A stretch of 64,000 nt of DNA from Bacillota bacterium. Its GTDB lineage: Bacteria; Bacillota; Dethiobacteria; DTU022. Numbering within the stretch: position 1 is the stretch's first letter; every line of letters begins with the position of its first letter. The stretch is taken from assembly GCA_046483445.1 (NCBI GenBank), contig JAWODD010000028.1:131568-195567 (forward strand). The letters are read 5' to 3'. Below are positions 38,909 to 48,278 of the stretch, one piece after another. A program made the position numbers and the translations under genes. Below the pieces are notes generated by a model, which had not been told where the DNA came from, ran no database searches, and worked only from the letters and a program-made list of their open reading frames with translations.

Positions 38909-40024
38909 GTGAAGTTGAGTAATTCACCGGTACCAGTTAATTTGGATACAATAGCCAATAATCTTGCTGATCCTATTTTCCTGGTTGATCGTAACAAGGA
39001 AGTTGTTTGGTTAAATCAGAAAGCAGGTGAGCTATTTAATACTAGCAGCGAAGCTGCCCAGGAAAAAATGATAACCGAATTAACCGGCATTACTAAACTG
39101 GACAACTTGCTTGAAGATGTTTTCGAGCAGGAAGCTGAGTTGAAGTGTTCTTATGAAGAGGCATCTGTTAAAGTAAAGCGCATGGATCAGCGTTACTTTT
39201 TCAAGATTGCCATCAATCCTGTTTTTCAAGACCAGGAACTTTGGGGTGGGCTGGTTCAATTTACTGATGTAACTCGCTTCTATGAAATGGAAAAAATTAA
39301 AACAGACTTTGTATCGATCGTTTCTCATGAATTTCGCACTCCTTTGACAACCATTATTGTTGGAGTTGAAATGCTTAAAGAAGGAATGTTGGGAGATCTC
39401 ACACCCCGGGGCAAAGAAGTCCTGGAGGCTATCGGTGCCGATTGCGAAAGGCTGAGCAGGTTAATTGATAATTTGATGGAACTCTCCAGGATTGAATCGG
39501 GAACTATTTATGTTGAGGCGGAACCGACCGATGTGGGCGATTTAGTCCAGGAAGCAGTCAGGCCCCTTAAGTTCCAGGCTGAAAAGCAGGGAGTTGAATT
39601 GATTACTGATTTGCCGCCAAACCTGCCTCCGGTTGCAGCTGATTTTAACAAGGCTGTTTGGGTTTTAACCAACCTGGTCGGTAATGCCCTGCGGTATACC
39701 GACCCGGAAGGAACCATTACGGTTCGGGTGCGCCAGCGCGGCAAAAGGCTGTTTTTCTCTGTAGAAGATACCGGATACGGTATTCCCAGAGATCAGCAGG
39801 ATAAAATATTCCGCAAATATGTTCAGGTCAGCGGAGAAGGCCGCAAAGGTTCAGGCGGAGTCGGACTGGGCCTGGCTATTGCCAAGGATATTGTAATGGC
39901 TCATGGTGGAGAAATATGGGTCGACAGCGAAGTAGGCAAAGGAACTACCTTTACCTTCACCTTTCCTGTATACCAGGGGAAAGAGTCTGTTATCCTGCCT
40001 GAATTAGATCAAGAAGGAGGTTAG
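38909..40024 (+). CDS. Cytoplasmic sensor histidine kinase (PAS, HisKA, HATPase_c)
   Basis: The H-box SHEFRTPLT, the N, G1 (DTGYGIP) and G2 (GGVGLGLAI) boxes are present. There is no TM segment. Confidence 0.8.
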   Translation: MKLSNSPVPVNLDTIANNLADPIFLVDRNKEVVWLNQKAGELFNTSSEAAQEKMITELTGITKLDNLLEDVFEQEAELKCSYEEASVKVKRMDQRYFFKIAINPVFQDQELWGGLVQFTDVTRFYEMEKIKTDFVSIVSHEFRTPLTTIIVGVEMLKEGMLGDLTPRGKEVLEAIGADCERLSRLIDNLMELSRIESGTIYVEAEPTDVGDLVQEAVRPLKFQAEKQGVELITDLPPNLPPVAADFNKAVWVLTNLVGNALRYTDPEGTITVRVRQRGKRLFFSVEDTGYGIPRDQQDKIFRKYVQVSGEGRKGSGGVGLGLAIAKDIVMAHGGEIWVDSEVGKGTTFTFTFPVYQGKESVILPELDQEGG

Positions 40025-40027
40025 ATT

Positions 40028-40402
40028 TTGTCCAAAAAAGTACTGCTTGCTGAAGACGAACGTAATGTTATATTAGGGGTACGGACCTGCCTTGATGCGG
40101 TTGGCTATGACATTGATATAGTTGAAGATGGTGAAGAGGCCTTAAATTCGATTCGTAAAGAACATCCGAGTTTAATTTTACTTGATCTTATAATGCCGAA
40201 AGTTGACGGCTTTGAGGTTCTAAAAGAAGTGAAAGGGAATGAGGAAACGAAAAATATACCGGTTATTGTCCTCACTGCCAAAGTTGAAGAGGAAGATCGG
40301 CAAAGAGCAATGGATTTAGGGGCGGATAGTTATATGACAAAGCCTTTTAAACCCCAGGAACTCTGGGATTTGTTAAAACACTATTTACCCGAAATGGGTT
40401 AA
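40028..40402 (+). CDS. Single-domain response regulator (CheY-like receiver only)
   Basis: The E/D pocket, the phospho-Asp in LILLDLIMP, and the T and K residues are all conserved. Confidence 0.8.
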   Translation: MSKKVLLAEDERNVILGVRTCLDAVGYDIDIVEDGEEALNSIRKEHPSLILLDLIMPKVDGFEVLKEVKGNEETKNIPVIVLTAKVEEEDRQRAMDLGADSYMTKPFKPQELWDLLKHYLPEMG

Positions 40403-40570
40403 AAATTCTGTTAAGCTTTTTTATTAGGCTGGTAAAATAGATAGAAGAAGAAAAGGGCACAGTTAACTGTGCCCTTTATAGGATATAGTCAAATATGAAA
40501 AAATTGAAGTTTGACCAATTAAAGGTCCCCTGGAGACTTTTATATTGTAAGATGAAATAGGGAGGTATCA

Positions 40571-41713
40571 ATGGCCCTAAGTAAGATTACACATGAACAA
40601 GGACCAATTCGGCCGCCCAATGAAGCCAATAGTCTTTTATTAAGATTTACCAGGAATTGTCCCTGGAATTGGTGCCAGTTTTGCCCGGTTTATAAAAAAG
40701 AAAAGTTTAGTCGTCGCAGTTTGCAAGAAATAAAAAGAGATATTAATAGTATCGATGAGGCTGTGTCAAGACTGAAAGATATTTCTGATCAGCATGGTAT
40801 GGGTGGGGCAATTAACCGCGACCTGCTTGCCATGGTCCATGCCCGTTATCCTGAATTACTAGCGGTGGCTTTATGGCAGTACCATCGAGGTGAAACCGTG
40901 TTTCTCCAGGATGCTGACAGCATCTTGTTGCCGGTAGCGCAATTAAAAGAAATTCTGGAGCTGTTGAAAGAAAAGTTTCCCGAGATCAAAAGGATTACCA
41001 CTTACGCTCGTTCGCGTTCCATTTTGCGCAGATCTATAGAAGAGTTGAAGCTGTTAAAGCAAGCTGGCTTAAGCCGTGTGCATGTGGGTCTGGAAAGTGG
41101 TAATGATCAAGTGCTTGATTTTATGAAAAAAGGGGTTAACGGTTCTCAGCAAATTGAAGCAGGGATCAGGATTAAAGAAGCCGGGCTGACTTTGAGTGAA
41201 TATGTTATACTTGGCCTGGGCGGCAGGGATTTGTGGCGTGAACACGCTGTTGATACTGCAAGAGTTTTAAATGAGATTAATCCTGACTACATCCGGGTTC
41301 GAACCCTGGCGATTCATCCGGTCAGCCCTTTGTATGAAAGTTTGAAGCAGGGCCAATTCAAGCCCCATGACGGTGATGGAGTAATCAGGGAAGAAGCGCT
41401 TTTGCTTGAAAAGCTGGATGATATCGACAGCGCTTTTTACAGCGACCATATATTGAATCTCCTTGAAGAAGTTAACGGCCGTTTTCCAGGTGATAAGGAG
41501 CGAATGAAAGCGGTGGTAAATCGCTATCTTTCTATGCCGGACGATAAGCGGGAATTATTTAGACTGGGCAGACGGACCGGATATTTGCGAAAACTGAGGG
41601 ATATGAACAATAGTTCCTTATTAACTGCGGTTGAAAAAATATATAAACAGCTTAAGAACAATGGAATTTCTGTTGATCAGTATATCGAAGACTTGATGCG
41701 CAGGTATATTTGA
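40571..41713 (+). CDS. Radical SAM domain protein with a non-canonical CX4CX2C cluster motif
   Basis: CPWNWCQFC is present, together with the radical-SAM core GLESGNDQVLDFMKKG. 380 aa. Confidence 0.7.
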   Translation: MALSKITHEQGPIRPPNEANSLLLRFTRNCPWNWCQFCPVYKKEKFSRRSLQEIKRDINSIDEAVSRLKDISDQHGMGGAINRDLLAMVHARYPELLAVALWQYHRGETVFLQDADSILLPVAQLKEILELLKEKFPEIKRITTYARSRSILRRSIEELKLLKQAGLSRVHVGLESGNDQVLDFMKKGVNGSQQIEAGIRIKEAGLTLSEYVILGLGGRDLWREHAVDTARVLNEINPDYIRVRTLAIHPVSPLYESLKQGQFKPHDGDGVIREEALLLEKLDDIDSAFYSDHILNLLEEVNGRFPGDKERMKAVVNRYLSMPDDKRELFRLGRRTGYLRKLRDMNNSSLLTAVEKIYKQLKNNGISVDQYIEDLMRRYI

Positions 41714-41751
41714 AATCTACCAGGGTTTTAGGCTAGGGGTGATGGTAACAT

Positions 41752-42033
41752 ATGCGAGTAGCTATCTGTGTTATGGAGCTACATATACCCGGGACAACTT
41801 CGTTAAAAGCCAAGCGCCAGGTAACTAAAAGTCTTGTCCAGCGTCTCCGTAACAAATTTAATGTTTCAGTCACGGAAACCGGGAATCAGGATCTCTGGCA
41901 GAAGATGGAGCTGGGAATGGCTGTTGTTTGTCATAACGGAGCAGGCGCTGATAGTGTCATGGAAAAAATCTTTAACTATGTTGAACTTGATGGCAGTGTA
42001 GAGATCATTTCCTCTAAAGTGGAAAATTATTGA
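41752..42033 (+). CDS. DUF503-family protein
   Basis: 93 aa; the fold resembles YlxP-like proteins. Confidence 0.55.
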   Translation: MRVAICVMELHIPGTTSLKAKRQVTKSLVQRLRNKFNVSVTETGNQDLWQKMELGMAVVCHNGAGADSVMEKIFNYVELDGSVEIISSKVENY

Positions 42034-42109
42034 TCAAAGGCTTTATTGAAATAGCTTTTAAAGGCCCTACTATAGTTCATATGTTAAAAATAGTTAGCGG
42101 GAGAATGCT

Positions 42110-42679
42110 TTGTACAGAATTAAACAAATTACCCAAATAGCCCATTTGTTAACGGCCCCTGTAATAAATAAGGGCGATTATGCGGTTGATGCAACAGCCG
42201 GAAACGGTTATGACACCTTATTTTTGGCTGAAAATGTGGGAATAGATGGTCATGTTTATGCTTTTGATGTGCAGGAAGAAGCATTAAACACAACCTTTGA
42301 CAAATTAAAAAAAGAATCCTTGGAAAAACGAGTCTCCCTGCATTTAACCGGGCATGAAAATTTATCGGAGCATGTCCGTGAACAGGTATCAATAGTAATG
42401 TATAATCTTGGCTACTTACCTGGTGGCAATCACAATATTACTACTTATTATCAGACAACCCTGGAAAGTATTAAGCAGGCACTGACTTTAGTGGGGCCGG
42501 GAGGTTTGATTTCAATAGTGCTATACCCGGGTCATCATCAAGGAGCAGTTGAAAAGGAAAACCTGCTTCCATATTTAGAAAACCTGCCTGCTTCAGAATA
42601 TGCAGTAGCTTATTATAGAATGACTGATCAGCAGCATGCCCCCCCGGAACTGGCAATTGTGCAAAGAAATCTTTTTTAA
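42110..42679 (+). CDS. Class I SAM-dependent methyltransferase, YtqB-like putative rRNA methylase
   Basis: The SAM motif VDATAGNGYDTLFLA is present. Confidence 0.65.
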   Translation: MYRIKQITQIAHLLTAPVINKGDYAVDATAGNGYDTLFLAENVGIDGHVYAFDVQEEALNTTFDKLKKESLEKRVSLHLTGHENLSEHVREQVSIVMYNLGYLPGGNHNITTYYQTTLESIKQALTLVGPGGLISIVLYPGHHQGAVEKENLLPYLENLPASEYAVAYYRMTDQQHAPPELAIVQRNLF

Positions 42680-42803
42680 CGAAGCGGAAAGCTGTAAAAA
42701 GGATTTAAAACATATTTTGTCGAAAAAGCTTTAGAATTATATCATTTATAGGAATAGGGGCTCGGATAAACTGGAACAAAAATGTGATTTAATAAAAAAT
42801 GAA

Positions 42804-43739
42804 TTGGCTCAAGTAGAAAAATGTTTGCAGCAATTAGTGGAAACAGCCGGTCCCGAAATAACTTCGGTGGGCAGTTATGTCTTCAACGGGTCCGGAAAAA
42901 GAATGCGGCCGACCCTTTTTTTACTTGCTGCCTATCATGGAAAAAACAGATTATCTTATTATGTTGAGGCTGCTGTGGCTTTGGAACTAATCCATACTGC
43001 ATCACTGCTTCATGACGACGTTATTGATCAGGCGCCAACCCGCCGCAAAAAAGAAACTGTCCATGTTAAATGGAACAATAAAATTTCAATTTTAACCGGC
43101 GACTATTTGTTGAGCCAGGCATTTAAAATATTGGTCGGTTACCGCGATTGGTCTTTAGTGGATACTGCTGTTGAGATGGTGCAAAGCATGACAGAGGGAG
43201 AAATTGAACAAACCTTTGCCACAACAGATTCTTCTGCTTTGGAGGAACGTTATTTCCATTGGATTGGTAAAAAAAGCGCCTCTTTTTTTGCTGGATGCTG
43301 CCGGGCTGGAAAGCTGCTCAGCGGCGGGGATTTTGAGGAGCAGGCTAGTTGGGAAGAATTTGGTTACAATCTGGGGATGGCGTTTCAATTGATCGATGAT
43401 CTTTTGGATTATACCGGGAAGGGGGAAATGACCGGGAAACCGGTTTATGGAGATCTCCATAACCGGGTTATTACTTTACCCCTAATTCGGACCATCAAAC
43501 ATACCCGGGAAATAGATGAAGAAATCCAAAACCTGCTGCAGCATGAAGCAAACAGCAACCATCTTTCGGAAATGGTGCAAGCAGTTTTAAATAGTGATGG
43601 TCCCGCCTACACTTACAGAAAAGCGCAGGAATATATAGCCCGGGCAGAAATCGCAATCAACAAAATACCGGGCCTTGATGGAAAAGTGAAGGATGTACTC
43701 AACGGGTTGACGGTGGAAGTGCTTAATCGCAAGCAGTAA
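42804..43739 (+). CDS. Polyprenyl diphosphate synthase (heptaprenyl/hexaprenyl, HepT/IspB-like)
   Basis: The first DDxxD motif LHDDVID and the second motif LIDDLLD are present. Confidence 0.75.
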   Translation: MAQVEKCLQQLVETAGPEITSVGSYVFNGSGKRMRPTLFLLAAYHGKNRLSYYVEAAVALELIHTASLLHDDVIDQAPTRRKKETVHVKWNNKISILTGDYLLSQAFKILVGYRDWSLVDTAVEMVQSMTEGEIEQTFATTDSSALEERYFHWIGKKSASFFAGCCRAGKLLSGGDFEEQASWEEFGYNLGMAFQLIDDLLDYTGKGEMTGKPVYGDLHNRVITLPLIRTIKHTREIDEEIQNLLQHEANSNHLSEMVQAVLNSDGPAYTYRKAQEYIARAEIAINKIPGLDGKVKDVLNGLTVEVLNRKQ

Positions 43740-43795
43740 AAGTATTGATCAATACACCTGGATTTAGATTGTCTTTTTAGTAGAGGGGGTTTAAA

Positions 43796-44491
43796 ATGCC
43801 TAATCAAAATATTTCAAAGTCAGTAATTAAAAGGCTCCCGGTTTACCTGCGAATTTTAGACAAATTGACCAGGCGAGATATCGAAATGGTTTCATCCAAA
43901 GAATTAAGCAATGAATCTGGTTTTACCGCGGAACAAATCCGCAAAGATTTAGCTTACTTTGGAGCATTTGGAACCCGGGGTGCCGGCTATAATACTTTTT
44001 ATTTAAGGGAAAAAATAATAAAGATAATTGGGCTGGATAGCAAGACTGACACGGTTGTATTAGGAGCCGGGAATCTTGGGACTGCCCTTACTAGATATAA
44101 TCTGACTAAGAATCCTTATGTTAATGTGGTTGCTGCTTTTGATAAAGATCCAAAGGTTATTGGAAAAAAAATACAGGATATTGAAGTTCTGCCGGTTGAA
44201 AAAGCGCCGGAGATTATCAGAGAGAAAGAAATCAAGGTATGCCTAATTTCTGTTCCGGCCGAAACTGCCCAGGAAATAGCCGATCTGGTGGTTGAAAATG
44301 GGATCAAAGCCATTTTAAATTTTGCGCCGGTTAAATTAAATGTTCCTGAAGGAATACATGTTCATAATGCTGATTTGACAATAGAACTGCAGAGCTTAAT
44401 TTATTATAGTTCAGCTGAAGAAGAACGTTTGGAGCGGCTTGAAAAGGAAAGCAAGGTAGATAAATCTGCCAAGTCTTTTAAGTATGAATAA
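43796..44491 (+). CDS. rex: Redox-sensing transcriptional repressor Rex
   Basis: The N-terminal wHTH RLPVYLRIL and a Rossmann NAD(H)-binding domain are present. Confidence 0.8.
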   Translation: MPNQNISKSVIKRLPVYLRILDKLTRRDIEMVSSKELSNESGFTAEQIRKDLAYFGAFGTRGAGYNTFYLREKIIKIIGLDSKTDTVVLGAGNLGTALTRYNLTKNPYVNVVAAFDKDPKVIGKKIQDIEVLPVEKAPEIIREKEIKVCLISVPAETAQEIADLVVENGIKAILNFAPVKLNVPEGIHVHNADLTIELQSLIYYSSAEEERLERLEKESKVDKSAKSFKYE

Positions 44492-44540
44492 CCGGGGAAC
44501 CGGGTAAATAATATTTTTTTCTGCATGCGTTATAGATATT

Positions 44541-44570
44541 GACTTTTAGCAGTACGTTTTGTATACTTGA
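44541..44570 (+). promoter_or_regulatory. Sigma-A promoter TTGACT-N17-TATACT for the tRNA operon
   Basis: The sequence is TTGACTtttagcagtacgttttgTATACT. Confidence 0.5.
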
Positions 44571-44580
44571 TCATGCACGC

Positions 44581-44657
44581 GGAGCTGTGGTGTAGATGGT
44601 TAACATATCGGCCTGTCAAGCCGAAGACCGCGGGTTCGAGTCCCGTCAGCTCCGCCA
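44581..44657 (+). tRNA. tRNA-Asp (GTC)
   Basis: It folds into a cloverleaf with anticodon loop cuGUCaa and an encoded CCA. Confidence 0.9.
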
Positions 44658-44663
44658 TTTTAT

Positions 44664-44739
<76 letters not shown>

Positions 44740-44746
44740 AAATTAT

Positions 44747-44821
44747 GCGGGAGTAGCTCAGTGGTAGAGCATCGCCTTGCCAAGGCGGGGGTCGCGGGTT
44801 CGAATCCCGTCTTCCGCTCCA
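44747..44821 (+). tRNA. tRNA-Gly (GCC)
   Basis: The anticodon loop is uuGCCaa; CCA is encoded. Confidence 0.9.
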
Positions 44822-44826
44822 TTTAT

Positions 44827-44900
44827 GGCGACATAGCCAAGTGGTAAGGCAGAGGACTGCAAATCCTCCATCCCCGGTTCGAATCCGGGTGTCGCCTCCA
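44827..44900 (+). tRNA. tRNA-Cys (GCA)
   Basis: The anticodon loop is cuGCAaa; CCA is encoded. Confidence 0.9.
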
Positions 44901-44906
44901 AATATT

Positions 44907-44998
44907 GCCGGAGTGGCGGAACAGGCAGACGCAAGGGACTTAAAATCCCTCGGACAAACAAATTGTCCGTACCGGTTCAAGTCCGGTCTCCGGCACCA
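44907..44998 (+). tRNA. tRNA-Leu (TAA)
   Basis: The anticodon loop is cuUAAaa. There is a long variable arm, and CCA is encoded. Confidence 0.9.
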
Positions 44999-45035
44999 TG
45001 AAATAAGGCTCAACGGAGCTTGGAACTAACTGGAA

Positions 45036-45063
45036 AAACCACCAATATTGGTGGTTTTTTTAT
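45036..45063. terminator. Bidirectional intrinsic terminator (tRNA operon / nrdJ)
   Basis: AAAAACCACCAATATTGGTGGTTTTTTT. Confidence 0.7.
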
Positions 45064-45157
45064 GGCCCCCGCCATTCTTCCGTCATCCAGTTATTACCAA
45101 AAAAATTATTGGTAGTGTGGGAGAGTCGACGGCCTAATAAGCCGCCCCTATCCCGAT

Positions 45158-47377
45158 TTAACATTCGCTGAAACCGCAAGCCTCGCATTTGAGGCAGCCT
45201 TCTGCTCTAATCAGGGCGCCGGTGCCGCAGTCGGGACAAAGTTCCCGGGAATAGCCCTTGCTGGAATTAGCGCTGTCTACTTCAGCCTGGGCAAGGCTGT
45301 GCAGGGCCTGGCCGATGGCATCGGGCACGCTCCTGATCCGGTTTGGACCAAAGCCAACCGAACGGGCTCCACCGATACCTTCCAGCTGGGTCACTATTTC
45401 ATCCACACTTACTCCGCAGCGTAGGGCCAGGGAAACCAGCCGGGCGATTGCTTCGGTAAAGGCAATTACATCACTGCCTGCTTTACCAATCTGGGCAAAG
45501 AGCTCAAACGGCTTGCCGTCGGCTGAATTAACCGTGACAAAAAGGTTGCCCAGGGCGGTGTTGATGCTGGTAGTATGACCGCTTAAGGTTTTGGGCCTTT
45601 TGATTGGTTTTAAATATTCTTCCTGGGTTCCATCACCAACATTCAATACTTGCTTGGAGCGGGAGGTATCTCTGTATATGGTTATACCCTTGCATCCCGC
45701 TTTCCAGGCTGTAATATAGGCATTTTTAACATCTTCAATGGTGGCGTCCTGTTTCAAGTTGATGGTTTTGCTTACAGCGTTGTCGGTATGATTTTGGAAA
45801 GCAGCCTGGTGACGGATATGCCAGTGGTAATCGATTTCCATTGCTGTTTTAAATAGCGCTTGGTACTTTTGGGGCACCGGGGAATCATCAGGGATTTTTC
45901 CGCTTTGAGCTATTTCCTGGATTAATTCTTCACTATAAAAGCCTTCATTTTTAGCGACTTCTAAAAACAGGGGATTGACTTCCGGCATATCGACACCGTC
46001 TAATATATTTTTACGGATAAAAGCGATGCTGAAATAGGGTTCGATTCCACTGCTGGAAGAAGCCAAAATGGAAATGGTCCCGGTGGGGGCAATAGTAGTC
46101 CTGGTAGCATTGCGGACCTGGTCTTCTTTTCTCCCGGTATCATAAATACTTCCTTCAAAATTAGGGAAAACACCTCGTTCTTCAGCCAGTTCCACCGATT
46201 TCTTTTTAGCTTCTTTATTGATGTATTCCATTACCTTGTCCGCGGTTTCAATCGCCTCTTCGCTGTCGTAATTTATGTCCAGCCTGACCAGCATATTGTG
46301 CCAGCCCATGATCCCCAGGCCGATTTTGCGGTTTCCTTCCTTGTGCATGGCGGCAATTTCCGGGATCACGTAGTTGCTGGCATCAATAACGTTATCAAGA
46401 AAGTGGACCGCGGTTTTAACTGATTCTGCGAGGCTTTTCCAATCAATTTTACCTTTGCCAGTAACAAATTTGCCTAAGTTAATCGAACCCAGGCAGCAGG
46501 CTTCGAAAGGAAGCAAAGGTTGTTCGCCGCAGGGGTTGGTGGTTTCATATTTGCCGACATGCGGGGTGGGATTATAACGGTTCATTTGGTCGATGAAAAT
46601 GACCCCCGGGTCGCCTTTTTCCCAGGCTTTTTGGACGATCAAAGCAAATACGGTGGTTGCATCCAGGCTTTCTTCTTCACCGGTTTCCGGGTCATAGTAA
46701 GGTTCGTTCAGGCGTGGATTGAATAAGGGATACAAGGGGTCCGGATCCTCAGCTGTAGCTTTGCTCATAAATTGATCGGAAACTGAGACGGATAAGTTGA
46801 AATTGTTAATTGCTTCTTCTTTTTCCTTACAGGTAATAAATTTTAAAATATCCGGGTGGTTGTAGATCAATGAGCCCATATTGGCCCCGCGCCTGGTGCC
46901 CCCCTGTTTCACGGCTTCAGTGGCAGCATCAAAAATTTTCAAAAATGAAATTGGGCCGCTGGCTACTCCATTTGTAGAACGAACAAGATCATTGCTTGGC
47001 CGCAGGCGATCAAATGCAAAACCGGTACCCCCGCCCGTTTTTTGGACCAGGGCCATATTTTTCAAGGCAGTAAAAATTCCTTCCATACTATCTTCCAAGG
47101 GTAGAACAAAACAAGCGCTAAGCTGTTGCAGTTCTCGGCCGGCATTCATCAGGGTTGGCGAGTTGGGCATAAACCTGGCTTCGGTCATCAACTTAAAAAA
47201 ACTTTCCTCAACTTTTTTAACTTCTTCTTCATCTTTGCCATATTCATTGTCTATTGCGGCAATGTTGGCTGCCACCCTGCGGATAAGATCTTCAGGTGTT
47301 TCGACTGGATTACCCGCTTCATCCTTGATCAGGTATCTTTTTTCATAGGTAATCCGAGCATTTGGACTAAGTTCCAT
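45158..47377 (-). CDS. nrdJ: Adenosylcobalamin-dependent (class II) ribonucleotide reductase with a C-terminal zinc ribbon
   Basis: 739 aa with an RNR class II core and the C-terminus CPDCG...CLKCEACG. Confidence 0.85.
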   Translation of the reverse strand: MELSPNARITYEKRYLIKDEAGNPVETPEDLIRRVAANIAAIDNEYGKDEEEVKKVEESFFKLMTEARFMPNSPTLMNAGRELQQLSACFVLPLEDSMEGIFTALKNMALVQKTGGGTGFAFDRLRPSNDLVRSTNGVASGPISFLKIFDAATEAVKQGGTRRGANMGSLIYNHPDILKFITCKEKEEAINNFNLSVSVSDQFMSKATAEDPDPLYPLFNPRLNEPYYDPETGEEESLDATTVFALIVQKAWEKGDPGVIFIDQMNRYNPTPHVGKYETTNPCGEQPLLPFEACCLGSINLGKFVTGKGKIDWKSLAESVKTAVHFLDNVIDASNYVIPEIAAMHKEGNRKIGLGIMGWHNMLVRLDINYDSEEAIETADKVMEYINKEAKKKSVELAEERGVFPNFEGSIYDTGRKEDQVRNATRTTIAPTGTISILASSSSGIEPYFSIAFIRKNILDGVDMPEVNPLFLEVAKNEGFYSEELIQEIAQSGKIPDDSPVPQKYQALFKTAMEIDYHWHIRHQAAFQNHTDNAVSKTINLKQDATIEDVKNAYITAWKAGCKGITIYRDTSRSKQVLNVGDGTQEEYLKPIKRPKTLSGHTTSINTALGNLFVTVNSADGKPFELFAQIGKAGSDVIAFTEAIARLVSLALRCGVSVDEIVTQLEGIGGARSVGFGPNRIRSVPDAIGQALHSLAQAEVDSANSSKGYSRELCPDCGTGALIRAEGCLKCEACGFSEC

Positions 47378-47701
47378 TTAAAAACCTCCCCGGTTAACCA
47401 ATAGAATATTTGTGGGCAATTAAGCTTATTAGTAATTCTGGCAATCAACTGCCGGACGTTAGTTTAAAAGGATAACAAACATTATCTAATCTTTATAATT
47501 TCTCTTTGCCTGGTTATTTATCCTTTTAAAAAAAATAAAAGATAAACTATTTGACATACTTTCTTTGATATACTTTTTAAGGATAACAAAATAACTCTTT
47601 TTTAAGGAGGGAAGCAGTGATATAATTACCAATAGATTTGAAAGCTTTTCCATAAACAATAAACAACCAAAGTTCATTAAAGGAGGGAGAGGGTTTAACC
47701 T

Positions 47702-47794
47702 ATGGCAAAAGAAAAAACGAGAAAACAACTTAAAAGACTGCGTAAGAAAAGAAGACGGGCCAAGAAAAGAAAAAGATTAAAAGGTCGGACCTAA
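47702..47794 (+). CDS. Unannotated 30-aa poly-basic small ORF (MAKEKTRKQLKRLRKKRRRAKKRKRLKGRT)
   Basis: An ATG lies 9 nt after GAGAGGG within AAAGGAGGGAGAGGG. Of the 30 residues, 19 are K or R. It is too short to appear in the ORF track. Confidence 0.3.
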   Translation: MAKEKTRKQLKRLRKKRRRAKKRKRLKGRT

Positions 47795-47999
47795 CCTAAA
47801 TTAAGGCATAATTATTTTTAGCAGGTTGTTAAAGGTTGTAAACTGTTTTAACCTTAAGCCTTCCTTTAGGCAATGTAGGTTTGGAAATATATGGTTTTGG
47901 GCCTAAAGTTTATAGATGGTATTTGTGACCTGGGTATTATGCTAAACAATATTTGACCATTATGCTAAAGATGTAGCTTAACAGGGAGGAGGTTTTATT

Positions 48000-48182
48000 T
48001 TGCCTCTGTATGAGTTTTACTGTTCTACTTGTCAGAAAAAGATAGAAGAACTATGCAGTTCCGGTGTTGAATGCATTAGTTGCCCATCATGTGGTAAGAA
48101 TGCCGGCAGGGTCATGTCTACTTTCCGCACCGGTAAGAGAGCAAGTGGAGGTGAAGCGGCTTCTTCAGGATGCGGTGGTTGA
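48000..48182 (+). CDS. FmdB-family zinc-ribbon protein
   Basis: MPLYEFYCSTCQ...CPSCG is present. The TTG start lies behind a GGGAGGAGG SD. Confidence 0.6.
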   Translation: MPLYEFYCSTCQKKIEELCSSGVECISCPSCGKNAGRVMSTFRTGKRASGGEAASSGCGG

Positions 48183-48278
48183 AGTAAAACCAGCTGCAGC
48201 AGTTGCTGAGCCGAATAATTAGACTAATCCTATAAGTGAGAATAACAAGGAGTAAAGCACTGCAGTAAGGGGGCGCAT

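Noticed and set aside
47397-47415. A possible NrdR box (ACCAATAGAATATTTGTGG) upstream of nrdJ.
   Set aside because: Only about half the positions of the 16-bp NrdR palindrome match, and there is no second box at the expected spacing.
45064-47700. A cobalamin riboswitch associated with nrdJ, or upstream of the mutase genes.
   Set aside because: No B12-box-like element was found. Its absence is expected, since these enzymes use B12 rather than import or synthesise it.
47486-47728. An 80-aa minus-strand ORF in the nrdJ upstream region.
   Set aside because: It has no SD and is F/L/K-rich AT-driven sequence. It also overlaps the candidate small basic ORF on the other strand.
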